63,189 nucleotides of DNA from Deltaproteobacteria bacterium TL4 (GTDB taxonomy: Bacteria > SAR324 > NAC60-12). Positions 51,262 to 59,288 of this stretch are shown here, in pieces. The translations under genes and the position numbers were made by a program. The DNA is taken from assembly GCA_051382335.1 (NCBI GenBank), contig JBBCAX010000078.1:1-63189 (forward strand). The letters run 5' to 3'. Position 1 is the stretch's first letter. The number at the start of each line of letters is the position of its first letter. The notes under the pieces were generated by a model. It did not search any database. It saw only the letters and a program-made list of their open reading frames with translations, and was not told the origin of the DNA.

Positions 51262-51864
51262 TTATTTATTTTCTATGGATTCCCATTTATTTTTTATTTG
51301 CATCATTCGCGGATCAGCGACAATTAAATGCCACACTACTCCCTGAAATGCTTCCGAATGAGGAGTGATGGTCTCGGCATTGATAGGAGCAATGACCACG
51401 CAGGCATCTGCCACCTTTGCGGTATAACCGCCATCACGGCCTACAATTCCCATAATGCGTGCCTTCTGAGTCTGGGCATATTCAAGGGCAAACACAATGT
51501 TTGCACTCACATTTTTTTCTTTATTGCCGCCTCCAACGGAAAACACTAAAACCGCATCCTTTTCATTCAAATGACTACATTTCAGCCACTCAGAAAAGAC
51601 AGTATGCCATCCTTCATCATTGGTTCGAGCCGATAGTTCCGCGATATTTTCTGCGGGGCTGTAGGTTTCAATACCTGCCAACTTTCTAAAGTCGTTGACG
51701 GCATGAATACAATTTCCCGCGCTTCCTCCCACTCCCAAGAGAAAAAGTCGGCCTTGTTTTTTCCGAACATCCAGTAAAATTTGAATCATGTTCTCAACCT
51801 GAGACTGATCAATTTTTTGTATGATTTTAGTTGCGTCTTCAAAATATTGAGAAATAAAAGACAT
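51262..51864 (-). CDS. SIS-domain sugar-phosphate isomerase (GmhA-like)
   Basis: GVGGSAGN..HAVNDF, ARTNDEGW, FSVGGG, HSEAFQ. Confidence 0.85.
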   Translation of the reverse strand: MSFISQYFEDATKIIQKIDQSQVENMIQILLDVRKKQGRLFLLGVGGSAGNCIHAVNDFRKLAGIETYSPAENIAELSARTNDEGWHTVFSEWLKCSHLNEKDAVLVFSVGGGNKEKNVSANIVFALEYAQTQKARIMGIVGRDGGYTAKVADACVVIAPINAETITPHSEAFQGVVWHLIVADPRMMQIKNKWESIENK

Positions 51865-51954
51865 ATCTACTCCGATAAAAATAGGTTTTGATTTATTTTT
51901 ATACTACTTAAACGAACTTACTGATTTCGAAGAAAGTTAAAAATTTTGTACCCG

Positions 51955-52581
51955 TTAATTTCTCTTTTTAATAAGCGTTGCGGGAACACCACCTACGATA
52001 GTATAAGGCTCAACATCATGTGTTACAACACTTCCTGCTCCAACAACGCTATGTTCTCCAATAGTCACATTTTTAGTCACCACAGAGTTCGCTCCTATCC
52101 AACACCCTCTGCGAATAATAATCTGCCCTCCCACATGTCCTTGATATCGTATAGCGGGCTCCAAGGCATCCGTCCTATGGTCCGAAGCTCGGATCACCAC
52201 ATTGGGACCGATTATGACGTCATCTTCGATAATCACATTTCCATGAGGACCTGCCACCACAAAAACATTGACATTCATCCCGACATTATTGCCAATTTTG
52301 ATGCTTGAAATACCACCAGCTTGAAGCAGCGCAAATCTTCCGATCACCAAATTATCACCTATTTCAATGCCCTCTGGGAAACCAAAATCCATTCCAATAC
52401 CAACCCTGGCCTTCACACCAACTTTCTTACACTTTTTTTCAAGCCATCTCCGCCTTAACCAATTTCCGAATTCACCAGGCAAAAAGACAATAATTGACAA
52501 GTACAATTCCTGAATTTGTAAGATTACTCTTTTAAAGAATTGTCCCATAGAACTCCAGTCAAAAATAATCAAACATTTCAT
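51955..52581 (-). CDS. Hexapeptide-repeat O-acetyltransferase
   Basis: IGPNV, WIGANSVV, VGAGSVVT, VGGVPA. Confidence 0.88.
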   Translation of the reverse strand: MKCLIIFDWSSMGQFFKRVILQIQELYLSIIVFLPGEFGNWLRRRWLEKKCKKVGVKARVGIGMDFGFPEGIEIGDNLVIGRFALLQAGGISSIKIGNNVGMNVNVFVVAGPHGNVIIEDDVIIGPNVVIRASDHRTDALEPAIRYQGHVGGQIIIRRGCWIGANSVVTKNVTIGEHSVVGAGSVVTHDVEPYTIVGGVPATLIKKRN

Positions 52582-52712
52582 ACCATAGCAAATGGAAACA
52601 TCCGATTATTTCTTTTCATATAGGGTTAATAATACTTACTGTGAAATACTTAAATCCAATCGTTGTGCCGTTTGCTTGGAGAGGTTTTCAATCTTTTCCA
52701 CAACACCATTTA

Positions 52713-53732
52713 TCAGCATTTCTTCTGTAACAAAATTCTTCCATAAGAACTCAGACGGTTGGCTTGCAGGAACTTTTGAAACGATTGATGTAGGTCACTG
52801 TCATTTCGTTGTAGCATATAGCGAATGAAACGAGGGATTTCCAAGGTTGAATTTTGTTCCATCATACGATTGACTATTTCCATATCCAGAATACCAGGAG
52901 TGCTAAATTCTAAGCATTCAAACCCATGTTGTTTAAATAAGAGGTTGAGTCCTTCCACGGAAAAGACATTAAGCCAGTCCGGAGGAAATATATTTTCAGC
53001 TTTATTCCAAAGAACTTGAAGATCAAAGCCTGAGCTTAAGATGGTTGTTATGAAACAAAGGCCTCCTTTGCTAAGCATTTTATAGGCAGTCTTCAAGAGT
53101 GCGTTTATATCAGAAGTTCGATTGATGACTTCAAACAAAGTCAACACATCGACCTGACCATCCCAACCAAGTTCATGCAACGGTTGCCTAACGACCTCTA
53201 TCCCCTCTATATCTTCCAAATCATTTAAACGAAGAAATGGATGGAGTAAGGTTTTTTTATGAAAATTTGATTCTTTGGCAATGGCTTCGGCGTATCCTTT
53301 GTAATTGGTATAGGCATCTGCGATATGGCGACCTTCAGGAAAATACTCCAAGGAAGCCTCAACAATCCATTGCAGGCGAGGTTTCACAATTTTTAACTGC
53401 CTTTTCTCTTCAGTTGCTTGGGATAATTCAGTTCGCCAATATTGCTCTGAAGCCGATTGTTCATAATACTGAATAATTTGTGATTCAGTTGGACTTGGTG
53501 AAATCCACAGTGACTTACAGGAAAGACACTCTTGATAGGACATTCCAAATTTTGAAAAAGCTTTGGTTGATTCAGTTGGGCCGCATACCGGACAATTCCG
53601 TTCTTTAAGACCCCCTGATTGCAGAAAGAATTTTTGAACATCTTGTTCCGTTAACTCTAAAAACTTTTGAAAAAATGCGGAAGGTTTAAAATCCGATTGA
53701 TGAAATTCATCTGACAAAATGATGTTTCTCAT
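52713..53732 (-). CDS. Class I SAM-dependent methyltransferase-like protein with Zn-ribbon
   Basis: CPVC...CLSC, DVLTLFEVI, TPGILD. Confidence 0.75.
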   Translation of the reverse strand: MRNIILSDEFHQSDFKPSAFFQKFLELTEQDVQKFFLQSGGLKERNCPVCGPTESTKAFSKFGMSYQECLSCKSLWISPSPTESQIIQYYEQSASEQYWRTELSQATEEKRQLKIVKPRLQWIVEASLEYFPEGRHIADAYTNYKGYAEAIAKESNFHKKTLLHPFLRLNDLEDIEGIEVVRQPLHELGWDGQVDVLTLFEVINRTSDINALLKTAYKMLSKGGLCFITTILSSGFDLQVLWNKAENIFPPDWLNVFSVEGLNLLFKQHGFECLEFSTPGILDMEIVNRMMEQNSTLEIPRFIRYMLQRNDSDLHQSFQKFLQANRLSSYGRILLQKKC

Positions 53733-54781
53733 AAGGTATCCTCTCTTCCTGAGTCATGTTCAGCGTCTTTATATGCTTTTTCAATAATTTCCATCACTTT
53801 AAATGCATCTTCAGAAGAGCTATCCACAACGGGTTGATCTTTAATGATGCAATTCACCAGTTCCTTAACTTCCAATTCCCATGAAAGATCCCTGTCAAAA
53901 TGGGTAATTTCTTCAGCAGGATTTCCCACTGCTTCGGTTTCATCTTCAAATTGGCGTTTCCCCACGGTCAAACGCTCTCGTCCATAACTTCCTGATTTAG
54001 AAAGTAATCCTTCCACCGTCATATAGCCGTCCTCCAACATTATTTCCAAGCGAAATGTATGTTTCCAAAGAGTTGCAGAAGAATGAAAAAAGGCATTTTG
54101 TCGTTGACGATTACTTAAAATAACATAAGCGTTATCTTCGACTTCCAGATTCCAAAATGAGTTATTGAGGAAGCATTTGACTGCTTCAAAATCGCCACAA
54201 AAGTAACGAAATAAATCGAGCATATGGATGCCTTGATCCAGGAGAATACCGCCACCTGAAATGGCCTTTTTATTCCGCCAAGAATTCCGAAAACTGATGC
54301 CACCCGATTTACCATAGAGGCCTCTTAAACTAATAACCTTTCCAAGCCTTCCACTTTTAATGATGGCTTTTGCTTTGATAACAGCGGGATGAAAACGGTG
54401 GTTAAAACCAAACATCAGTTTCACCTTGGGGTTTAGAGACTCGACTTTTCTCATCTCTTTGATATCGTCCAACGTTCTTCCTGGCGGTTTTTCACAAAAG
54501 ACATGAATTCCCCGATTCATACTTTTTATTGCGATTTCAGGGGCATAAACATTGGGGGTGCAGACAAACATGATATCAATATCACAGTGTGACTCAAATA
54601 ATTCTTCCACACAATCAAAAGTAGGGATACCTGACAGTTTAGCCTTTTTTTCAGCAGCGGATTCAACCACCCCGACTAACTGTAATTGAGGAAGTTTTTC
54701 GATGACTTCATGTCGGATTTCCCCCATATAACCATAGCCTACGATGCCACATTTTAATACATTATTCATTTCTTTAATCAA
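53729..54781 (-). CDS. Gfo/Idh/MocA oxidoreductase
   Basis: GYGYMG, CEKP, GFNHRF, GGGILLDQGIH. Confidence 0.92.
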   Translation of the reverse strand: MIKEMNNVLKCGIVGYGYMGEIRHEVIEKLPQLQLVGVVESAAEKKAKLSGIPTFDCVEELFESHCDIDIMFVCTPNVYAPEIAIKSMNRGIHVFCEKPPGRTLDDIKEMRKVESLNPKVKLMFGFNHRFHPAVIKAKAIIKSGRLGKVISLRGLYGKSGGISFRNSWRNKKAISGGGILLDQGIHMLDLFRYFCGDFEAVKCFLNNSFWNLEVEDNAYVILSNRQRQNAFFHSSATLWKHTFRLEIMLEDGYMTVEGLLSKSGSYGRERLTVGKRQFEDETEAVGNPAEEITHFDRDLSWELEVKELVNCIIKDQPVVDSSSEDAFKVMEIIEKAYKDAEHDSGREDTL

Positions 54782-56655
54782 CCTCTCTCCAATATTACGT
54801 TCAATGGCAGCTCCTTATTTAAAAACAAGGCCATCGCCTTGACGTTGACTGGATGGAAATACGCTTTCACATAGTTTATTGCTTTGGTTTGAAGAATTTT
54901 ATAAGATTCATCTGATAAGTTCTGAATTTCTTTTAAAATAGGGCCTAAATCATCATTAATAAAAACTGTCCATTTAAAATCTTCTAATTCAAAAGCGGAA
55001 TCATAGCTAAAAATATCACCTCTATCAAAATGAATCACCGGTCGACCTAACATGATTGCCTCAAGGGCAACGGTTGTTCCCCAATAGAGGACAGCATCAC
55101 AAGCTTCAATATCCTGCTGTACTTTTTGTTTTTTTGAGATAGAGACATTCTTGGGAATGATTCCTCGCCATTGAGATAACGCCAGGATCTGTTGAAAAGA
55201 CAGCACAGGATGGTCCCGAATACAAAACTCAATTTCAGGGCATTTCAGGGCTTCTCGAAATGTAAATTCGATCAGAGACACGACTTCTTTGACACCTTCT
55301 AAGGCCACTAAAAGTGTGTAATTTTCTAAAGAGGATCTGGGAAGTGTTTTTAATTTGAATAAATAATCGTATCGTAACGCACAGGCTGGTTGAATGAATT
55401 CTGAAGGGAGATCCCCATATCTTTGCATAATCAGGGCAGGAATCTTCCCTGTTGTGAAAATGATGCTTGGACGAGGAATGAGCTTCAATTCTTGATGAGT
55501 AAGGAACATTCCTGTAGCTGACTGAGGAACCACCGAATGTTGATAACCAATTGAAGTTATTTGAGAGTTGCTCTCTTTCAGACCGCTTAGAAACATTCTT
55601 TCCCATGGGTTATTTTCATAGGTTAAAACACACTTTTCAATTTTGTAGAGTTTCCCAATCTTTTTGCCTGCTGCGAAATGGATGTATTGTTCAAATGAAA
55701 TCCTCCATCCTCCCGTTTTCAAAACTTCGCAAAAAAAAGAAGAGATATCAACACCATCCACAAAAACTTCACCTTTTACCAGGAAAGGTTTGGTAGTAAG
55801 CAACCAAACCAGTTGCAAAAACTGACGAATTATATCTGGATAGGTTAGGTAGCGTTCTATTGGTATAACGGACTGAAGACGATTGAGTTTTTGATAACAC
55901 GGTTCTTTACCAGAATGGCCAACATAAAACACAATGGTAAGCGGTTTCATTCCAGTCTTGGACACCTGCTGGGAAAGATCTCCAAAAAAGCGATCCTGGA
56001 ATTGATCATCAGCATTAAAACTTTCTAAAGTGATAAAGCTCTTAATAAGAAAAACCGGATCTTTGCTAGTAGAAAGCCAAGGGTCCGTTGTTATCATTTT
56101 TCTAGCAAAACGAGTATTTTTCAAAAGGGCTAAAAATCCTTTTAAAAGATGTCCTGCTGAATATAACTGCCCCTCTAGACGCGACACATGCTGAGAAAAA
56201 GGCCATGACCAAATATGAATTGAGAATTTTGCCTGATTATAATAATTCTTTACAACCTCGACAATAGGCCACGGAGGATTAATTAGAATCAGGTCGGCTT
56301 CATCCATCTGTTGAAGAGCCTCGAGGGTTCTGATTAAGTCAGTGAATAAAGTAGCAACCGGCGACTCAAAACGATTCTTAGAGGATAGATTCGAAGCCCA
56401 CCAATGCAAATGATGGCCGTTCCATTCGGCCAAGCTTCCTATACTTTTTAGATAATCTCGAATAATTCTCTCACGTTTCAAATCAGATATTTTAACAAAG
56501 GGAACGGAAGAAATCTGGTGAGACTTCATTAAATTTTTCCATTTACTAGACTCCGTCTTATAACAGAGGTATTCAATGGAATGAAATTTTGTTCGCTCTC
56601 TTTTTAGGAAAATATCTAATAAAAATGCGCTATGAGCGATAATGATCTTTTTCAT
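54778..56655 (-). CDS. Hypothetical surface-carbohydrate biosynthesis protein (GT-B-like C-terminus)
   Basis: YENNPWE, GYQHS, RDHP, TTVALEA motifs; located in the polysaccharide locus. Confidence 0.65.
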   Translation of the reverse strand: MKKIIIAHSAFLLDIFLKRERTKFHSIEYLCYKTESSKWKNLMKSHQISSVPFVKISDLKRERIIRDYLKSIGSLAEWNGHHLHWWASNLSSKNRFESPVATLFTDLIRTLEALQQMDEADLILINPPWPIVEVVKNYYNQAKFSIHIWSWPFSQHVSRLEGQLYSAGHLLKGFLALLKNTRFARKMITTDPWLSTSKDPVFLIKSFITLESFNADDQFQDRFFGDLSQQVSKTGMKPLTIVFYVGHSGKEPCYQKLNRLQSVIPIERYLTYPDIIRQFLQLVWLLTTKPFLVKGEVFVDGVDISSFFCEVLKTGGWRISFEQYIHFAAGKKIGKLYKIEKCVLTYENNPWERMFLSGLKESNSQITSIGYQHSVVPQSATGMFLTHQELKLIPRPSIIFTTGKIPALIMQRYGDLPSEFIQPACALRYDYLFKLKTLPRSSLENYTLLVALEGVKEVVSLIEFTFREALKCPEIEFCIRDHPVLSFQQILALSQWRGIIPKNVSISKKQKVQQDIEACDAVLYWGTTVALEAIMLGRPVIHFDRGDIFSYDSAFELEDFKWTVFINDDLGPILKEIQNLSDESYKILQTKAINYVKAYFHPVNVKAMALFLNKELPLNVILERG

Positions 56656-56771
56656 TTTTTGAAATGGAGGACGGACTTAGTAAGGCATCATTTTTGATGC
56701 GATCTGAGATAAATCGTGAGAATGGTGACAGAAAAAAAGTTGCTATAGACTTTCATTTTGTCAGTTCTGCT

Positions 56772-57494
56772 TTATTCTGTCATGTGAAAATTACGCTGGA
56801 TTTGAGATGGATTTCTGTTCCTTTTAACTTCTTCCATCAGTTCGGGATAACTATGAAAACAATGAGAAGTTTTCATTTTTCTTTTATTGTCAATCAAAAG
56901 ATAAGATATGTTTGCTCTTCGCGCAATTTCGCCATCCCTATCATTTCGGTCTCCTATCATTACACATTCATGGGGAGATACATCAAAGACTTCCATTATT
57001 CGATGTATCCCCTTAGGATGCGGTTTGAGAGCATTGATTTCGGAATCAGTTGAGGAAAAAGATTGGTAGGAATTTATTCCAAGAGCTTGAAGTTTTTTTT
57101 CAGCAGGATAATCAGAAAAAAAAACAATTTCAATTCCGGATTGGTCCAAAATATTAATAAATTCCAACACCCCATCAAAAAGAAAACGAGACAATAGTTT
57201 TAAAGGTTTTTGAAATATCCATTTTTCAACAACAAGGATTACTTGACTACATGATACTCTGGATATTTTAGCTGACCAGGAATATTGAACTTGTTCTAAA
57301 TTATCAATTTCTTCTCCCGCATGTGACTCTCTCGCTAATCTAAAATCGGAAAGGATTTTCAAATCATAGACGTTCCAGGGATGGAAAATATAATAACCCA
57401 AAAGAGTTCTTAGCATTCTTTTCCTAAATTTGGATTGGTTATATAATGTTCCATCCACATCAAAAATCACTAAACGAATCGTTTTCCAATTCAT
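56772..57494 (-). CDS. HAD family hydrolase
   Basis: FDVDGTLY, KPHP, MIGDRNDRDG. Confidence 0.88.
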   Translation of the reverse strand: MNWKTIRLVIFDVDGTLYNQSKFRKRMLRTLLGYYIFHPWNVYDLKILSDFRLARESHAGEEIDNLEQVQYSWSAKISRVSCSQVILVVEKWIFQKPLKLLSRFLFDGVLEFINILDQSGIEIVFFSDYPAEKKLQALGINSYQSFSSTDSEINALKPHPKGIHRIMEVFDVSPHECVMIGDRNDRDGEIARRANISYLLIDNKRKMKTSHCFHSYPELMEEVKRNRNPSQIQRNFHMTE

Positions 57495-57596
57495 AGGGGA
57501 TTATCGTTCTATTTTCTGAGCGTAGAGTCTAAAACCTTTGCCTTTCAGTGAAATAAGCATTTAGGTGCCCTTTTATACTCAAAATGGGTGAAATCT

Positions 57597-58129
57597 TCAT
57601 TTATGTGGTGCGTTCGCTTCGCTTAATAATCCACTACCCATCTCTCCTTCATTAGCGCAAATGAGCAAAAAGTTTTCGTAGTATTCTAGTTCTCTTTGAA
57701 GGAGAGGAATTAATTGTTCATACACAGAATTCAAGTATTCTAAACGGTGCCAGTCATAGTCAAAATCATAGTAATACCTTTTAAAATGCCGAAATCGTCT
57801 TAACTCATCCAGTAGTTCATAGGATTTCTACGATAAAACAGCCTTGCGGATACCTGGCACCTCGATCCGCATTTTCCGTAGTAACTCCTTATGCCACTGG
57901 TGAGCATCCAAATGATTCTCAAAAACTCGGAGATACGAAACAAAATAGTTTCCACACAGGTGTAAGTGTTACACAAGATGTCCGCCAGCATGAGTGCGTC
58001 ACGCAACTCCCGCTCATTCACATTTACAAAAACAGGCAGATAAGAATTATATCGATGATGTATCTTTTGGAGCACTTCCCTGCTTTCTCTCATTTCTCCT
58101 ACAAGTAGCAATAATTCATCCTTGCGCAT
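57597..58129 (-). pseudogene. HEPN (HepT-like) ribonuclease toxin, frameshifted and with internal stop
   Basis: N-part MRKDELLLL...ETILFRIS; after a 1-nt shift near 57928 reads VFENHLDAHQWHKELLRKM...AVLS*KSYELLDELRRFRHFKRYYY...; TAG at 57828-57830. Confidence 0.8.
57800..57855. repeat. 56-bp direct repeat, copy 1 (inside the HEPN pseudogene)
   Basis: ttaactcatccagtagttcataggatttctAcgataaaacagccttgcggatacct; one mismatch to 59210-59265. Confidence 0.95.
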
Positions 58130-58511
58130 ACACAACCCTTCCCTTTTTTTCAATGATTCTTTGAAAAGAGGAATCGATTTCTTCCCATCGTAGTAAATCC
58201 AGTGGAAACTTAGTCAGCTCTTCGGCATTCGCCAATAGCCGCATAAACAAAATCGCATCCACACCTTCCACAGCTAGATCAATATCGGATGCTTCCGAAA
58301 AATGCTTTTGTTCCAATATTGACCCCCACTGGATAATCTTCCGGGGATCATAGCGAGCAACAATCATCTGGATGATTTTCTGTGAATCCTCTTTCGCTCG
58401 TTGCCAGAGGTCATACCGTATGGATTGCATAGCCTCTTGTTTTTGACGCAAATGACGGCGCGCAGCACCATAATCAAAGGAATCTTTCAATTGTTTTTCA
58501 GATAACTTCAT
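58116..58511 (-). CDS. Minimal nucleotidyltransferase (MNT) antitoxin
   Basis: WGS...F...SDIDLAVEG, PLDL, IEKKG; probable start ATG at 58511. Confidence 0.85.
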   Translation of the reverse strand: MKLSEKQLKDSFDYGAARRHLRQKQEAMQSIRYDLWQRAKEDSQKIIQMIVARYDPRKIIQWGSILEQKHFSEASDIDLAVEGVDAILFMRLLANAEELTKFPLDLLRWEEIDSSFQRIIEKKGRVVYAQG

Positions 58512-58923
58512 GATTCTGAACTGAAAAGACTTTATTGGGGTAATCAATGCTTAGAATGAAGTAATCAAGAAAGTTTTTCACTCCCAAAAGAGGCGTTCTT
58601 AAATGCGGCATAAAATCAATCATAGTTTCAGACGTGGTATAAGCAACTTTAACTTCTTGAGTAAAAATATTGATTTTCGTCGTATGTTCAAAGGCTTGAG
58701 TTACACCATTACCTGTTTGTATTTCTTTAGGTTTGCCACTTTTGAGCTCATGCCCTAATTCCTTTGCTATTTGAGCAGGGAATGCACAATTATCCGCACC
58801 AGTGTCAATCAATCCCCATGTTCGAAAGGATTTTCCTGTGTGTGGATTCTGAATTTCGATAGGGAGCATTGGTCTTAAGATACCGTCGGATAACCTATAA
58901 AAAGGGAATTTATTGATGAGCAT
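58498..58923 (-). CDS. Retropepsin-like aspartyl protease
   Basis: RPML, LIDTGAD catalytic motif, LLGVKNFL. Confidence 0.85.
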   Translation of the reverse strand: MLINKFPFYRLSDGILRPMLPIEIQNPHTGKSFRTWGLIDTGADNCAFPAQIAKELGHELKSGKPKEIQTGNGVTQAFEHTTKINIFTQEVKVAYTTSETMIDFMPHLRTPLLGVKNFLDYFILSIDYPNKVFSVQNHEVI

Positions 58924-59110
58924 AGATGTTCACCGCATCTTTTTCAGGGACATAAATAATGACAGGTTTTTCTATACCGTGGTCTTTTGCTATTGAAGCT
59001 ACTGTAGAAAGATCATCCCCAGAAGCAATCACATCTTTGCTAAAGAAGGAAGCTAAGGCCACATATTTCCCAAGATACTCACCACCTTGAACCAAAACAA
59101 AATCTTCCAT
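58910..59110 (-). CDS. DUF5678-like small protein
   Basis: YLGKYVAL...VIASGDDL...PVIIYVP pattern; AAGGAG RBS; directly precedes the retropepsin gene. Confidence 0.7.
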   Translation of the reverse strand: MEDFVLVQGGEYLGKYVALASFFSKDVIASGDDLSTVASIAKDHGIEKPVIIYVPEKDAVNIYAHQ

Positions 59111-59154
59111 ATCGATCTCCTTATATAAAAAGTCTGGACTGTCTCTTTTACAAA

Positions 59155-59183
59155 AGAGTACGACAATACTCTAAAACAATCAA
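59155..59183 (-). promoter_or_regulatory. Candidate promoter with overlapping palindromic operator
   Basis: TTGATT-17 nt-TACTCT; AGAGTA-N6-TACTCT inverted repeat (59155-59172) covers the -10 box. Confidence 0.5.
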
Positions 59184-59209
59184 GTTACAAATAAGAGTTT
59201 TTTAGTGCT

Positions 59210-59265
59210 TTAACTCATCCAGTAGTTCATAGGATTTCTGCGATAAAACAGCCTTGCGGATACCT
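59210..59265. repeat. 56-bp direct repeat, copy 2 (isolated HEPN fragment, CAG instead of TAG)
   Basis: Identical to 57800-57855 except g at 59240 versus a at 57830. Confidence 0.95.
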
Positions 59266-59288
59266 AAGGGCGATCCTATCTCCCCTAC

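Noticed and set aside
144..57053. Many short antisense or nested ORFs in the track (e.g. 144..392, 42341..42841, 50967..51368, 56664..57053)
   Set aside because: They overlap well-supported genes or AT-rich promoter regions and show no recognisable motifs
57800..59265. Repeat pair as a DGR template/variable repeat
   Set aside because: Only one mismatch (C/T on the coding strand) and no reverse transcriptase in the window
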